A stretch of DNA of 64,000 nucleotides from assembly GCF_009914755.1 (NCBI RefSeq), contig NC_060946.1; one strand, 5' to 3'. Positions within the stretch are counted from its first letter, which is position 1. Every line of letters starts with the position of its first letter. The DNA is from the human T2T-CHM13v2.0 reference genome, Homo sapiens. A model generated the notes under the pieces. It searched no databases. It was not told the DNA's origin and worked only from the letters and a program-made list of their open reading frames with translations. Positions 45,501 to 58,700 of this stretch are shown one piece after another. The position numbers were made by a program, and so were the translations under genes.

Positions 45501-48320
45501 ATTCTCAAAAACTTCTTTGTGATGTGTGCTTTCATCTCACAGAGCTGAACATATCTTTTGATTGAGCAGTTTTGAACCACTCTTTTTGTAGCATATGCAA
45601 GTGGATATTTGGAGCAATTTGAGGCCTAAGGTACAAAAGGAAATATCTTCACATAAAAACTACACAGATGCATTCTGAGAAACTTCTTTGTGATGTGTGC
45701 ATTCATCTAACAGAGTTTAACCTTTCTTTTCATGAACAGTTTGGAAACCCTCTTTTTGTAGAATCTTCAAGTGGATATTTGGTGCACTTTGAGGCCTGTA
45801 GTGGAAAAGGGAATATCTTCACATAAAAACTAAGCAAAAGCATTCAGAGAAACTTCTTTGTGTTGTGTGCATTCAACTCACAGTGTTTAAACTATCTTTT
45901 GATTGAGCAGTTTTGAACCTCACTTTTTGTGGAATCTGCAAGTGGATATTTGGAGCCCATTGTGGCCTATGGTGGAAAAAAAATATCTTCACATAAAAAC
46001 GACACAGAAGCATTCTGAGAAATTTCTTTGTGAAGTGTGTTTTCGTCTCACAGTGTTGAACCTTTCTTTTGATTGAGTAGTTTGGAAAAACCCTTTAGGA
46101 GAATCAGAAAGTGGATATTTGGATGGCTCTGGGACCTATTTTAGAAAAGCAAATATCTTCACATAAACACTACCCAGAAACATTCTGAGAATGTTATTTG
46201 TGATGTGTGCCTTCATCTCACAGAGTTGAAGCTTTCTTTTGATTGAGCAGTGTTGAAAGAGTCTTTTTGTAGAATCTGCAAGTGGATACTTCGAGGGCTT
46301 TGAGACCTATTTTGGAAAAGGAAATATCTTCACATAAAAACTACACAGAAGCAACCAGATAAACTTCTTTGTGATGTGTGCATTCATCTCACAGAGTTGA
46401 ACATTTCTTTCTATTGGTCACTTTTGAACCACTCTTTTTGTAGAATCAGAAAGTGTATATTTGGAGCCCTTTGCAGCCTATGGTGGAGAAAGGAAATATC
46501 TTCACATAAGATCTACGGAGAAGCGTTCTGTGAAACTTCTTTGTGATGTGTGCATTCATCTCTCACAGATTTGAAACTTTCTGTTGATTCAGCAGTTTTG
46601 AAACACTCTTTTTGTAGAATCTGCAGTTGGATATTTGGAGCACTTTGAGGCCTATTGTGGCAAAGGAAATATCTTCACATAAAAACTACACAGAAGCATT
46701 CTGAGAAACTACATTGTGATGTGTGCATTCATCTCACAGAGTTGAGCCTATCTTTTCATTGAGCACTTTTGAATCTGTCCTTTTGTAGGATCTGCAAGTG
46801 TATATTTGGCGACCTCTGTGGCCTATGGTGGAAAAGGAAATACCTTCCAAAAAAAAAAAATACATAGAAGCATTCTGAGAAAATTCTTTGTGATGTTAGC
46901 ATTCATCTAACAGAGTTGAACGTTTATTTTTATTGAGAAGTTAGGAAACGCTCTTTTTGTAGAATCTGCAAGTGGATATTCAGACCGCTTTGAGGCTTTT
47001 GGTGGGAAAGGAAATGTGTTCATTTAAAAACCACATGAAAGCATTCTGAGAAACTTCTTTGTGATATGCGCATTCAACTCACGTAGTTGAACTATTCTTT
47101 TGACAGAGGAGTTTTCAAACTTTCATTTTGTAGTATATGCAATTGGATATTTGGAGCACTTTGAGGCCTATTGAGGAAAAGGAAATAACTTTAAATAAAA
47201 ACTACACAGAATCATTCTGATAAACTTCTTTGTGCTGTGTATATTCATCTCACAGAGTTGAAACTTTATTTTGATTGAGCAGATTTGAAACACTGGCTTT
47301 GTAGTATCTGCAAGTGGATATTTGGAGTGATTTGAGGTCTATGGTGTAAAAAGAAATATCTTCACATAAAAACTACACAGAAGCGTTCTGAGAAACTTCT
47401 TTGTGATGTGTGCATTCAACTCACAGAGTTGAACTTATCTTTGGATTGAGCAGTTTTGAAACTTTCCTTTGTAGAATCTGCAAGTGGATATTTGGAGCCC
47501 GTTTTGGCTTGTGGTGTAAAAGGAAATATCTTCACATAAAAACTACACAGAAGCATTCTGAAAAAACTTCTTTGTGACGTGTGCATTCATCTCACAGTGT
47601 TGACCCTGTCTTTTGATTGAGCAGTTTTGAATCACTATTTTTGTAGAATCTGCAAGTGAATATTTGAAGCCGTTTGCGTCCTGTGTTGGACAAGGAAATA
47701 TCTTCACATAAAAACTACACAGAAGCATTCTGAGAAACTTCCTTGTGATATGTGCATTCATCTCACGGAGTTGAACTTTTCTTTTGATTCAGCTGTTTTG
47801 AAACACTTTTTTGGAGGATCTGCGAGTGGATATTTACAGCAACTTGAAGCCTATTTTGGAAAAGGAAGTATCTTCACATGAAACCTACACAGAAGCATTC
47901 TGAGAAACTTCTTTGTGATGTGTGCATTCATCTCACAGTGTTGAACCTTTCTTTTGATTGAGTACTTTTGGAACACTCTTTTTGTAGTTTCTGCAAGTGG
48001 AGATTTGGAGCGCTTTGAGGCCTATGGTGGAAAAGGAAATATCTTCACATAAAAACTACACAGAAGCATTCTGAGAAACTTCTTTGTAATATTTTCGTTC
48101 AACTCACTGTGGTGAAGATTTATTTTAATTCAGCAGTTTTGAAACACACTTTTTGTAGAATCTGCAAGTGAATATTTGGAGTGCTTTGAGGCCTATTGTG
48201 GAAAAGGAAATATCTTCATATAAAAACTACACAGAAGCACTCTGAGAAACTTGTCTGTGATGAGTGCACTCAGCTCACAGAGTTGAACGTATCTTTTGAT
48301 TGAACAGTTTTGAAACTCTA
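33589..48320 (+). repeat. Alpha satellite, divergent monomeric, resembling layer A
   Basis: Forward-orientation ~171 bp monomers with aaaaactacacagaagcattctgag, gtggatatttggag and frequent gaacctatctt. No CENP-B box was seen. Confidence 0.95.
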
Positions 48321-48843
48321 TTTATTTTTTATTTTTTTCTCCAGTTTTTTGTTTTGTTTATTATACTTTAAGTTTTAGAGTACATGGGCACAATGTGTAG
48401 GTTAGTTACATATGTATACATGGGCCATGCTGGTGTGCTGCACCCATTAACTCATCATTTAGCATTAAGTATATCTCCTAATGCTATTCCTGCACCCTCT
48501 GCCCACAACACAACAGTCCCCAGAGTGTGATATTCCCCTTGCTGTGTCCATGTTTTCTCATTGTTCATTTCCCACCTATAAGTGAGAAAATGGGGTTTTT
48601 GTTTTTTTGTCCTTGCGATAGTTTACTGAGAATGATGGTTTCCAATTTCATCCATGTTCCTACAAAGGACATGAACTGATCAGTTTTTATGGCTGCATAG
48701 TATTCCATGGTGTATATGTGAAACATTTTCTTAATCCAGTCTACCATTGTTGGACATTTGGATTGCTTCCAAGTCTTTGCTACTGTGAATAGTGCCGCAA
48801 TAAACATACGTCCGCATGTGTCTTTATAGCAGCATGTTTTATA
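48321..48843 (-). mobile_element. 5'-truncated LINE-1 3' fragment (~520 bp), L1PA3-like
   Basis: A T-rich tail (48321-48360) is followed by ttatactttaagttttag...gttagttacatatgtatacatg...ccatgctggtgtgctgcacccattaac, the reverse L1PA3-type 3'UTR. It encodes the ORF2p C-terminus (CCYKDTC...MFIAALFT...HIYTMEYYAAIK...SLIGG). It splits a monomer at gaaactct|ttttgtagaatc. Confidence 0.95.
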
Positions 48844-51800
48844 ATTTTGTAGAATCTGCAAGTGGATATTTGGAGCCCTTTGCAGCCTACAGTGGAAAAG
48901 GAAACATCTTCACACAAAAACTATACAGAAGCATTCTGAGAAACTTCTTTGTGATGTGTGCATTCATCTAACAGAGTTGAACTTTTGCTTTGATAGAGCA
49001 GTTTTGAAAAACTCTTTTTGTAGAAGCTGCAAGTGGAAATTTGGAGTAGTTTGAGGCCTCTTGTGGAAAAGGAAATATCTTCACATAAAAACTACACAGA
49101 AACATTCTGAGAAACTTATTTGCGATGTGTGCATTCCTCTCACAGAGTTGAACTTTTCTTTTTATTGGGCAGTTTTCAAAAACTTTTTGTAGTATCTCTA
49201 ACTGGACATTTGGAGTGCATTGAGGACTATGGTGGAAAAGGATATATCTTCACATAAAATCTACACAGAAGCATTCTGAGAAACTTCTTTCTGATGTGTG
49301 CATTGAAATCACAGATTTGAATCTATCTTTTGATTGCACAGTTTTCAAACTCTCTTTTTGTAGGATCTGCAAGTGGATATTTGGAGCCCTTTGTGGCCTC
49401 TGGTGGAAAAGGAAATATCTTCACATAAAAACTACACAGAAGCATTCTGAGAAACTTCATTTTCATGTGTGCCTTAATCTCGGAGAGTTGAACTTTTCTT
49501 TTTCACCAAGCAGTTTTGAAACAGTCTTTTTGTAGAATCTGCAAGTGGATATTTGGAGCCCCTTGAGGCCTACTGTGGAAAAGAAAATATCTTCACATAA
49601 AAACAACACAGATGCATTCTGAGAAACTTCTTTACAATGTATGCATTCATCTCACAGAGATCAACTTTCTTTTGTTTGAGCAATTTTGAAACACACTTTT
49701 TGTAGAATCTGCAAGTAGATATTTGGAGTATGTTGAGGCCTATGGTGGAAAAGGAAATATCTTCACATAAAGCTACACAGAAGCATTCTGAGAAACTTCT
49801 TTGTGACATGGTCGTTCAACACACTGTGGTGAACATTTCTTTTGATTGAGCAGTTTTGAAACCCACTATTTGTAGAATCTGCAAGTGGATATTTTTAGTG
49901 CTTAGAGACCTATTGTGGAAAAAGAAATGTCTTCAAATAAAAACTACACAGAAGCATTCTGAGAAACTTCTTTGTGATTTGTGCATTCATCTCACAGACT
50001 TGTAAATTTCTTTTCATTGAGCAGTTTGGAAACACTCTTTTAGTAAAATCTACAAGTGGATACTCGGAGCACTTTGAGGCCTATTATAGAAATGGAAATA
50101 TCTTCACATAAAAACTAAACAGAAGCATTCTGAGAAACTTCTTTGAGATGTGTGCATTGAACTCAGAGTTGTACCTATCTTTTGATAGAAGAGTTTTGAA
50201 ACTTTATGTAGAATCTGCAAGTGAATATTTGGAGCCCTTTGTGGCCTATGGTGTAAAAGGAAATACCTTCACATAAAAACTACACAGAAGCTTTCTGAGA
50301 AACTTCTTTGTGATGTGTGCATTCGTCTCAAAGAGACAAACCTTTAATTCGATTGAGCAGTTTTGAAACACTCTTTTTGTAGAATCTGCAAGTGGATATG
50401 AGGAATGCTTTGGAGAGAATGGTGGAAATGGAAATATCTTCATATAAAAACTATGGAGAAGCATTCTGATAAACGTCTTTGTGATGTGTGCATTCAACTC
50501 ACAGAGTTGAACCTTTCTTTTGATTGAGCAGTTTTGAATCCCTCTTTTTGTAGAATCTGCAAGTAGATATTTGGAGTGCTTTGGGGCCTATGGTAAAAAG
50601 GAAATATCTTCACATTAAAACTATACAAAAGCACTCTGAGAAACTTCTATGTGATGTGTGCATACAATTCACAGTGTTGAACATCTCTTTTGATTGTGCA
50701 GTTTTGAAACACTCTTTTTGTAGAATCTGCAAGTAGATATTCGGAGGGCTTCACAGAGTATAGTGGAAAAGGAAATAACTTTGCATAAAAGCTACACAGA
50801 AGCATTCTGAGAAACTTCTTTCTTATGCGTGCATTCAACTCACAGAATTGAACCTTTCTTTTGATTGAGCAGTTTTGAAACACTATTTTTGTAAAATCTA
50901 CAAGTGTATATTGGGTGCAATTTGCATCCAATGGTGGAAAAGCAAATATCTTCACATAAAAACTAGACAGAAGCATTCTGAGAATCTTCTTTGTGATGTG
51001 TACATTCACTTCACAGAGTTATAACTTTTTTTATTGAGGACTTTTGAAACACTCTTTTTGTAGAATCTACAAGTGGGTGTTTGGAGCACTTTGTGGCCTA
51101 TAGTGGAAAAGGATGTATATTCACATAAAAACTAGACAGAAGCATTCTGAAAAACATCTTTGTGATGTGTGCATTCATCTCAAAGAGTTCAACCTTTCTT
51201 TTGCTTGAGCACTTTTGAAATACTTTTTGGAGAATCTGTAAGTGGATATTTGGAGGGCTTTGGGTCCTATGGTGGTAAAGGAAACATCTTCACATAAAAA
51301 CTACACAGAAGCATTCTGAAATACCTCTTTGTGATGCTTGCATTCATCTCACATAGTTGAACCATTCTTTTTATTGAGCAGTTTTGAAACAATCTCCTTG
51401 TAGAATGTGAAAGTGGATATTTGGAACGCTTTGAGGAGTATGGTGGAAAATGAAAAATCTTCACATAAAAACTAGACAGAATTACTCTGAGAAACTTCCT
51501 TGTGATGTGCGCATTCATCTCACAAATTTGAAAATTTCTTTTGATTGAGCAGTTTTGAAATGCTCTTTTTCTAGAATCTGCCAGTGGATATTTGGAGTGC
51601 TTTGAGTCCTATGGTGGAGAAGGAAATATCCTCACATAAAAACTAGAGAGAAGCATTCTGAGAAACTTCTTTCTGATGTGTGCATACATCTCACGGAGTC
51701 GAAACTTTCTATTGATTTAGCATTTTTTATACACTTTTTGTAGGATCTGCAGTTGCTATTTGGAGCCCTTTGGGGCCAATGGTGGAAAAGTACTATCTTC

Positions 51801-52730
51801 TCATAAAAACTAGACAGAAGCATTTTGACAAACTTCTCTGTGATGTGTTCATTCATCTCACAGATTTGAACCATTCTTTTGATTCAGCAGTTTTGAAACA
51901 CTCTTCGTAGAATCTGCAAGTGCATATTTAGATCGCTTTGAGACGTGTGGTGGAAAAGGAAATATCTTCACATAAACACTAGACAGAAGCATTCTGAGAA
52001 ACGTCTTTGTGATGTGTCCATTCATTTCACAGACTTGAAACTTTCTTTTCATTGAGCAGTTTTGAAACACTCTTTTTATAGAATCTGCAAGTGGATATTT
52101 GGAGCACTTTGGAGAGAATGGTGGAAATGGAAATTATATAAAAACTACAGAGAAGCATTCTGAGAAACGGCATTGTTATGTGTGCCTTCAGCTCACAGAG
52201 TTCAACCTTTCTTTTGATTGAGCAGTTTTGATTCCCTTTTTTTGTAGAATCTGCAAGTGGATATTTGGAGAGTTTTAGGGCCTATGGTGGAAAAGGAAAT
52301 ATCTTCACATAAAAACTACACAAAAGCATTCTGAGAAACTTCTTTTTGAAGTGTGCATACAACTCCCAGAGTTGAATCTTTCTTTTGATTGTGCAATTTT
52401 GAAACACTTCTTTTGTAGAATCTGCAAGTGGATATTCGGAGGGCTTTGCTGAGTATAGTGGAAAAGGAAATAACTTTGTATAAAAGGTAGACAGAAACAT
52501 TCTGAGAAACTTCTTTGTGATGTGTGCATTCAACGTACAGAGTTGAACCTTTCTTTAGATCGGGCAGTTTTGAAACACTATTTTTGTAATATCTGCAAGT
52601 GGATATTTGGTGACCATTGCAGCCTATGGTGGAAAGGCAAATATCTTCACATAAAAACTAGACAGAAGCATTCTGAGAATCTTTGTGATGTGTGCATTCA
52701 TCTCACATAGTTCAACTTTTCTTTTGATTC
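48844..52730 (+). repeat. Alpha satellite, 171 bp-type monomers; shift from aactacacag to aactagacag variants around 50.9 kb
   Basis: Continuous forward monomers. aaaactagacagaagcattc becomes common from ~50960. Confidence 0.9.
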
Positions 52731-55700
52731 AGCAGTTTGGAAACAGTATTTTTCTACAATCTGCAAAGGGATGCTTCTTAGCCGATTTAGGCCTATGGTG
52801 AATTAGGCCTAAATAGGCCTAAACTAGACAGAAGTATTCTGAGAAACTTCTCTGAGATGTATCCTTTCATCTCACAGAGTTGAACCTTACTTTTGATGGA
52901 GCAGTTTGGAGACAGTCTTTTTGTAGTATCTGCGGAGGGATATCTGAGAGCAGTTTAAGGCCTATGGTGAAAAAGGAAATATCTTCACATAAAAACTAGG
53001 CAGAAGCATTCTGAGAAACTTCTTTGTGATGTATGCATTCAACTCAAAGAGGTGAAACTTTCTTTGGATTGAGCAGTTTGGAAATAGTCCTTTTGCAGAA
53101 TCTGCAAAGGGATATTTCTCAGTCCATTGAGGCCTATGGTGAAATAGGAAATAACTTCTCATAAAAACCAGACAGAAGGTTTCTGAGAAACTTCTTTGAG
53201 ATATGTGCTTTCATCTCACAGAGCTGAACCTTTCTTTTGGTTCAGAAGTTTGGAAACAGTCTTTGTGTAGAATCTTCAAAGGGCTATTTTTGAGCACCTT
53301 CTGGACTATGGTGAAACAGAAAATATCTTCACATAAAAACTAGACAGAACCTTTCTGAGAAACTTCTTTATGATGTGTTCTTTCATCTCACAGAGTTGTA
53401 ACTTTCCTTTGATTGAGCAGTTTGGAAACACTCTTTATGGGGAATCTGCAAGTGGATATTTGGAGTCCTTTGTGGCCTATAGTGGAAAACGAAATATCTT
53501 CACATAAAAACTAGACAGAATCATTCTGAGAAACTTATTTGTGATGTGCACATTCATCACAAAGAGTTGAACATTTCTTTCGATTCAGCAGTTTGGAAAC
53601 AGTCCTTTTGTAGAATCTGTGAAGGGATATTTCTCAGCCCATTGATGCCTATGGATGAAATGGGAAATATTCTCACGTAAAAACTAGACAGAAAATTTCT
53701 GAGAAACTTCTTTATGATATGTGGTTTCATCTCACAGAGTTTAACCATTCTTTTGGTTGAGCAGTTTGGAAGCACATTTTTTGTAGAAACTGCAAGTGGA
53801 TATTTGGAGCACGTTGAGGCCTATGGTGGAAAACGGAATATTTTCACATAAAAATTAGACAGAAGCATTCTGAGAAACTACTTTGTGGTGTGTGCATTCA
53901 ACCCACAGAGTTGAACCTTTCTTTTGATTCAGCAGTTTTGAAACACTCTTTTTGTAAAATCTGACAGTGGATTTTTGGAGTGCTTTGAGGCTTACGGTGG
54001 AAAAGGAAATATCTTCACATAAATAGTACACAGAAGCATTCTGAGAAACTTCTTTGTGATGTGTGCATTTAACTCAAAGAGTGCAATCCTTCTTTTGATT
54101 GAGCAATTTTGAAAGACTCCTTTTGTAGAATCTGCAAGTGGATATTTGGAGCGCTATGTGGCCTTAAGTGGAAAAGGCAATATCTTCACATAAAAACTAG
54201 ACAACAGCATTCTGAGAAACTTCTTTGTCATGTTTGCATTCATCTCACAGAGTTGAAGCTTTCTTTTGATTGAGCAGTTTTGAAACACTCTTTTTGTAGA
54301 ATCTCCAATTGGATACTTGGAGCGTTTTGAGGCCTATGGTAGAAAAGTAAATATCTTCACGTGAAAACTACACAGAAGCATTCTGAGAAATTGGTTTGTG
54401 ATGTGTGCATTCAACACACAGAGTTGAACCTTTCTTTTGATTGAGCAGTTTTGAAACACACTTTTTTTTGGATCTGCAAGTGGATATTTGGAGTGCTTTG
54501 TGGCCTAATGCGGAAAAGGATATATTTTCACATAAAAACTATGGAGAAGCATTCTGAGAAACTTCTTTGTGATGTGTGCATTCATCTCACAGAGTTCACC
54601 TTTCTTTTGATTGAGCAGTTTTCAACCACTCTTTTCGTAGAGTGTGCAAGTGGATATTTGGAGCACTTTGAGGCTTACGGTGGGAAAGGAAATATCTTCA
54701 CATAAAAACTACAACGAAGCATTCTGACAAAGTTCTTTGGGTTGTGTGTGTTCAACTCACAGAGTTGAGTCTTTCTTTTGATTGAGCAGTTTTGAAACAC
54801 TCTTTTTTTAGAATCTGCAAGTGGATATTTCGAGTGCTTTGCAGCCTCTATTGGAAAAGGAAATATCTTCACATAAAAAATAAACAGAAGCTTTCTGAGA
54901 AACTTCTTTGGGATGTGTGTCTTCATCTCACAGAGATGAAACTTTCTTTTGATTGTGAAGTTTTCAAACACTCTTTTTGTAGAATCTGCAAGTGGATATT
55001 TGGAGGCCTTTGTGGCCTACAGGGGAAAAGGAAATATCTTCACATAACAACCAGACAGAAGCATTCTGGAAACATTTTTGTGATGTGTGCATTCATCTCA
55101 CAGAGTTGAACCTTTCTTTTGATTGAGCTGTTTGGAAACAGTCTTTTATAGTATCTGCAGAGAGATATTTGTGAGCATTTTGAGGACTTTGGTGAGAAAG
55201 GAAATATCTTCATATAAAACCTAGTCAGAAGATTCTGAGACACTTCTTTGTGATGTGTGCATTCAACTGACAGAGTTGAAACTTTGTTTTGATTGAGCAG
55301 TTTGTAAACAGTCCTTTTGTAGGATCTGCAAAGGGATATTTCTGGGCCCATTGAGACCTATGGTGAAAGAAGAAATATCTTCACTTAAAAACTAGACAGA
55401 AGCATTCTGAGAAACTTCTTAGTGATGTGTGCTTTCATCTCACAGGTTTGAACTTTCTTTTGATTGAGCAGTTTGGAAACAGTGTTTTTGTAGAATCTTC
55501 AAAGGATATTTTGAGCGCTTTGACGCCTATGGTGAAAAAGGACATATCTTCACATGAAATCTAAACAGAAGCTTTCTGAGAAACTTCTTTTTTATGAGTT
55601 CATACACCTCACAGAGGTGAAACTTTCTTTTCATTGAGCAGTTTGGAAACAGTCTTTTTGTACAGTCTGCAAAGGAAATTTCTGCGAAGTTGGAGGCCTA

Positions 55701-58700
55701 TGGTGAAAAAGAAATATCTTCAGATAAAATGTAGACAGAAGTATTCTGAGAAAATTTTTTGTGATGTATCTATTCATCTTACGGAGTTGAATTTTTCTTT
55801 TGATGGAGCAGTCTGGAAACAGTCTTTTTGTAGTATCTGAAGAGGGATATGTGAGAGAAGTTTAAGGCCTGTGGTGAAAAAGGAAATATCTTCACATAAA
55901 AACAAGGTAGAAGCATTCTAAGAAACTTCTTTGTATTGTGTGCATTCATCTCAAAGACTTGAACCTGTATTTGGACTGAGCAGTTTGGAAACTGTCGTTT
56001 TGTAGAATCTGTGAAGGGATATTTCTGAGCCCATTGAGGCCTATGGATGAAATAGGAAATATCTTCACATAAAAACTAGACAGAGGATTTCTGAGAACCT
56101 TCTTTGTCATATGTGGTTTCATCTCACAGAGTTGAACCATTCTTTTGGTTGAGCAGTTAGGAAACAGTCTTTTTGTAGGATCTGCAAAGAGATATTTCTG
56201 TTCCCATTGATGCCTATGGTGAAAAAGGACATATCTTCACATAAAAACTAGACAGAAACTTTCTGATAAACTTCTTAGTGATGTGTGCTTTCATGTCACA
56301 GATTTGAAACTTTCTTTTGATTGAGCAGTTTGGAAACAGTCTTTTTGTAGAATCTGCAAATGGATATTTGGAGTGCTTTGAGGCCTATGGTGAAAAAGGA
56401 AATACCTTCACATGAAATATAAACAGAAGCTTTCTGAGAAACTTCTTTTTGATGCGTGCATACATCTCACAGAGTTGAATATTTCTTTTCATTGAGCAGT
56501 TTGGAAACAGTCTTTTTGTACAATCTGGAATGGGATATTTCTGAGAAGTTGGAGGCCTATATCGAAAAAGAAATTATTGACCAGTTTTGAGATGCTCTTT
56601 TTGTACAGTCTGCAAGTGGATAATCATAGTGCTTTGAGGCCTATGGTGGAAAATGAAATATTTTCACAATAAAATTAGACAGAAGCATTCTGTGATACTT
56701 CTTTGTGATATGTGCATTCATCTCACAGAGTTGAAACATACCTTTGATTGAGTAGTTTTGAAATACTCTTTTTGTAGAATCTGCAAGTGGATATTAGGAG
56801 CACTTTGTGGCCTATGGTGGAAAAGGAAATATCTTCACATAAAAACAAAAGAGAAGCATTCTTAGCTACTTCTTTGCTTTGTGTGCATTCATCTCACAGA
56901 GTTGAACCATTCCTTTGATAGAACAGTTTTGAATGTCTCTTTTTGTAGAATCTGCAAATGGATATTGGGAGCGCTTTGAGGCCTATGGTGGAAAAGGAAA
57001 TATCTTCACATGAAAACTACAGAGAAGCAGTCTGAGAAACTTCTTTGTGATGTGTGCATTCAACTCAAAGTGTTCAACCTTTCTTTTGATTGAGCAGTTT
57101 TGAAACACTCTTTTTGTAAAATCTGCCAGTGGATATTTGGAGCGCTTTGAGGCCTATAGTGGAAAAGGAAATATCTTCACATAAAGAGTAGACAGAAGCA
57201 TTCTGAGAAACTTCTTTGTGATGTGTGCATTCAACTCACAGAATGGAACCCTTCTTTTGATAGAGCAGTTTTGAAAGACTCCTTTTGTAGAACCTGCAAT
57301 TGGATATTTGGAGTGCTATGTGGCCTTAAGTGGAAAAGGCAATATCTTCACATAAAAACTAGACAGAAGCATTCGGAGACATTTCTTTGTGATGTGTGCA
57401 TTCATCTCTCAGAGTTGAAGCTTTCTTTTGATTGAGCAGTTTTGAAACACTCTTTTTGTAGAATCTGCAAGTGGATATTTGGAGCACTTTGCGGTCTATA
57501 GTGGAAAAGGAAATATCTTCACATAAATATTTGTTGGAAGCATTCTAAGAAACTTCTTCTTGATGTGTGCATTCATCTCACAGAGTTGAATCTTTCTTTA
57601 GGTTGAGCAGTTTTGAAACACTCTTTTTGTAGTATCTGCAAAGGGATACCTGGAGTGGTTTGAGGTCTATGGTGTAAAAGGAAATATCTTCACCTAAAAA
57701 CTAGAGAGAAGCATTCTGAAAAACTTCTTTGTGGTGTGTGCATTCATATCACTGTCTTGATCCATTCTTTTGGCTGAACAGTTTTGAAACAATCTTAGTG
57801 TAGAATCTGCAAGTGGATATTTGGAGCCCTTTGAGGCCTATTGTGGAAAAGGAAATGTCTTCACATAAAGACTAGACAGAAGCATACTGAGAAACTTCTT
57901 TATGATGTGTGCCTTCATCTCACTGAGCTGAAACTTTCTTTTGATTGAGCAGTTTTGAAACACTCTTTTTATAGAGTGTGCTAGTGGATATTTGGAGCGC
58001 TTTGATGCTTATGGTGGAAAAGCAAACATATTCACATAAAAACTACAGAGAAGCATTCTGACAAAGTTCTTTGTGCTGTGTGTGTTCAACTCATAGAGTT
58101 GAACCTTTCTTTTGATTGAGCAGTTCTGAAACACTCTTTCTGTAGAATCTGCAAGTGAATATTTGGAGCACTCTATGGCATCTGGTGGAAAAGGAAATAT
58201 CTTCACATAAAATCTAGACAGAAGCATTCTGAGAAATTTCTTCATGATGTGTGCATTCATCTCACAGAGTTGAAACTTTTTTTTGATTGAGCAGTTTTGA
58301 AACACTCTTTTTGTAGAGTCTGCAAGTGGATATGTGGAGCATTTTGAGGCCATGATGGAAAAGGAAATATCTTCACATAAGAACTAGACAGAATCATTCT
58401 AAGATACTTTTTTGTGATGTGTACATTCAACTCACAGAGTTGAACATTTCTTTTGATTGAGCAGTTTTGAAACACTCTTTTTGTAGAATCAGCAGTTGGA
58501 TATTTAGAGCGCTTTGAGGCCTATGGTGGAAAAAGAAATATCTTCACATAAAAACTAGACAGAAGCATTCGGAGAAATTTCTTTGGGATGTGTGCATTCA
58601 TCTCACAGAGTTGAACCATTCTTTTCATTGAGCAGTTTTGAAACACTCTTTGTAGAACCTGCAAGTGGATATTTGGATCTCTTTGAGGCATACAGTGGAA

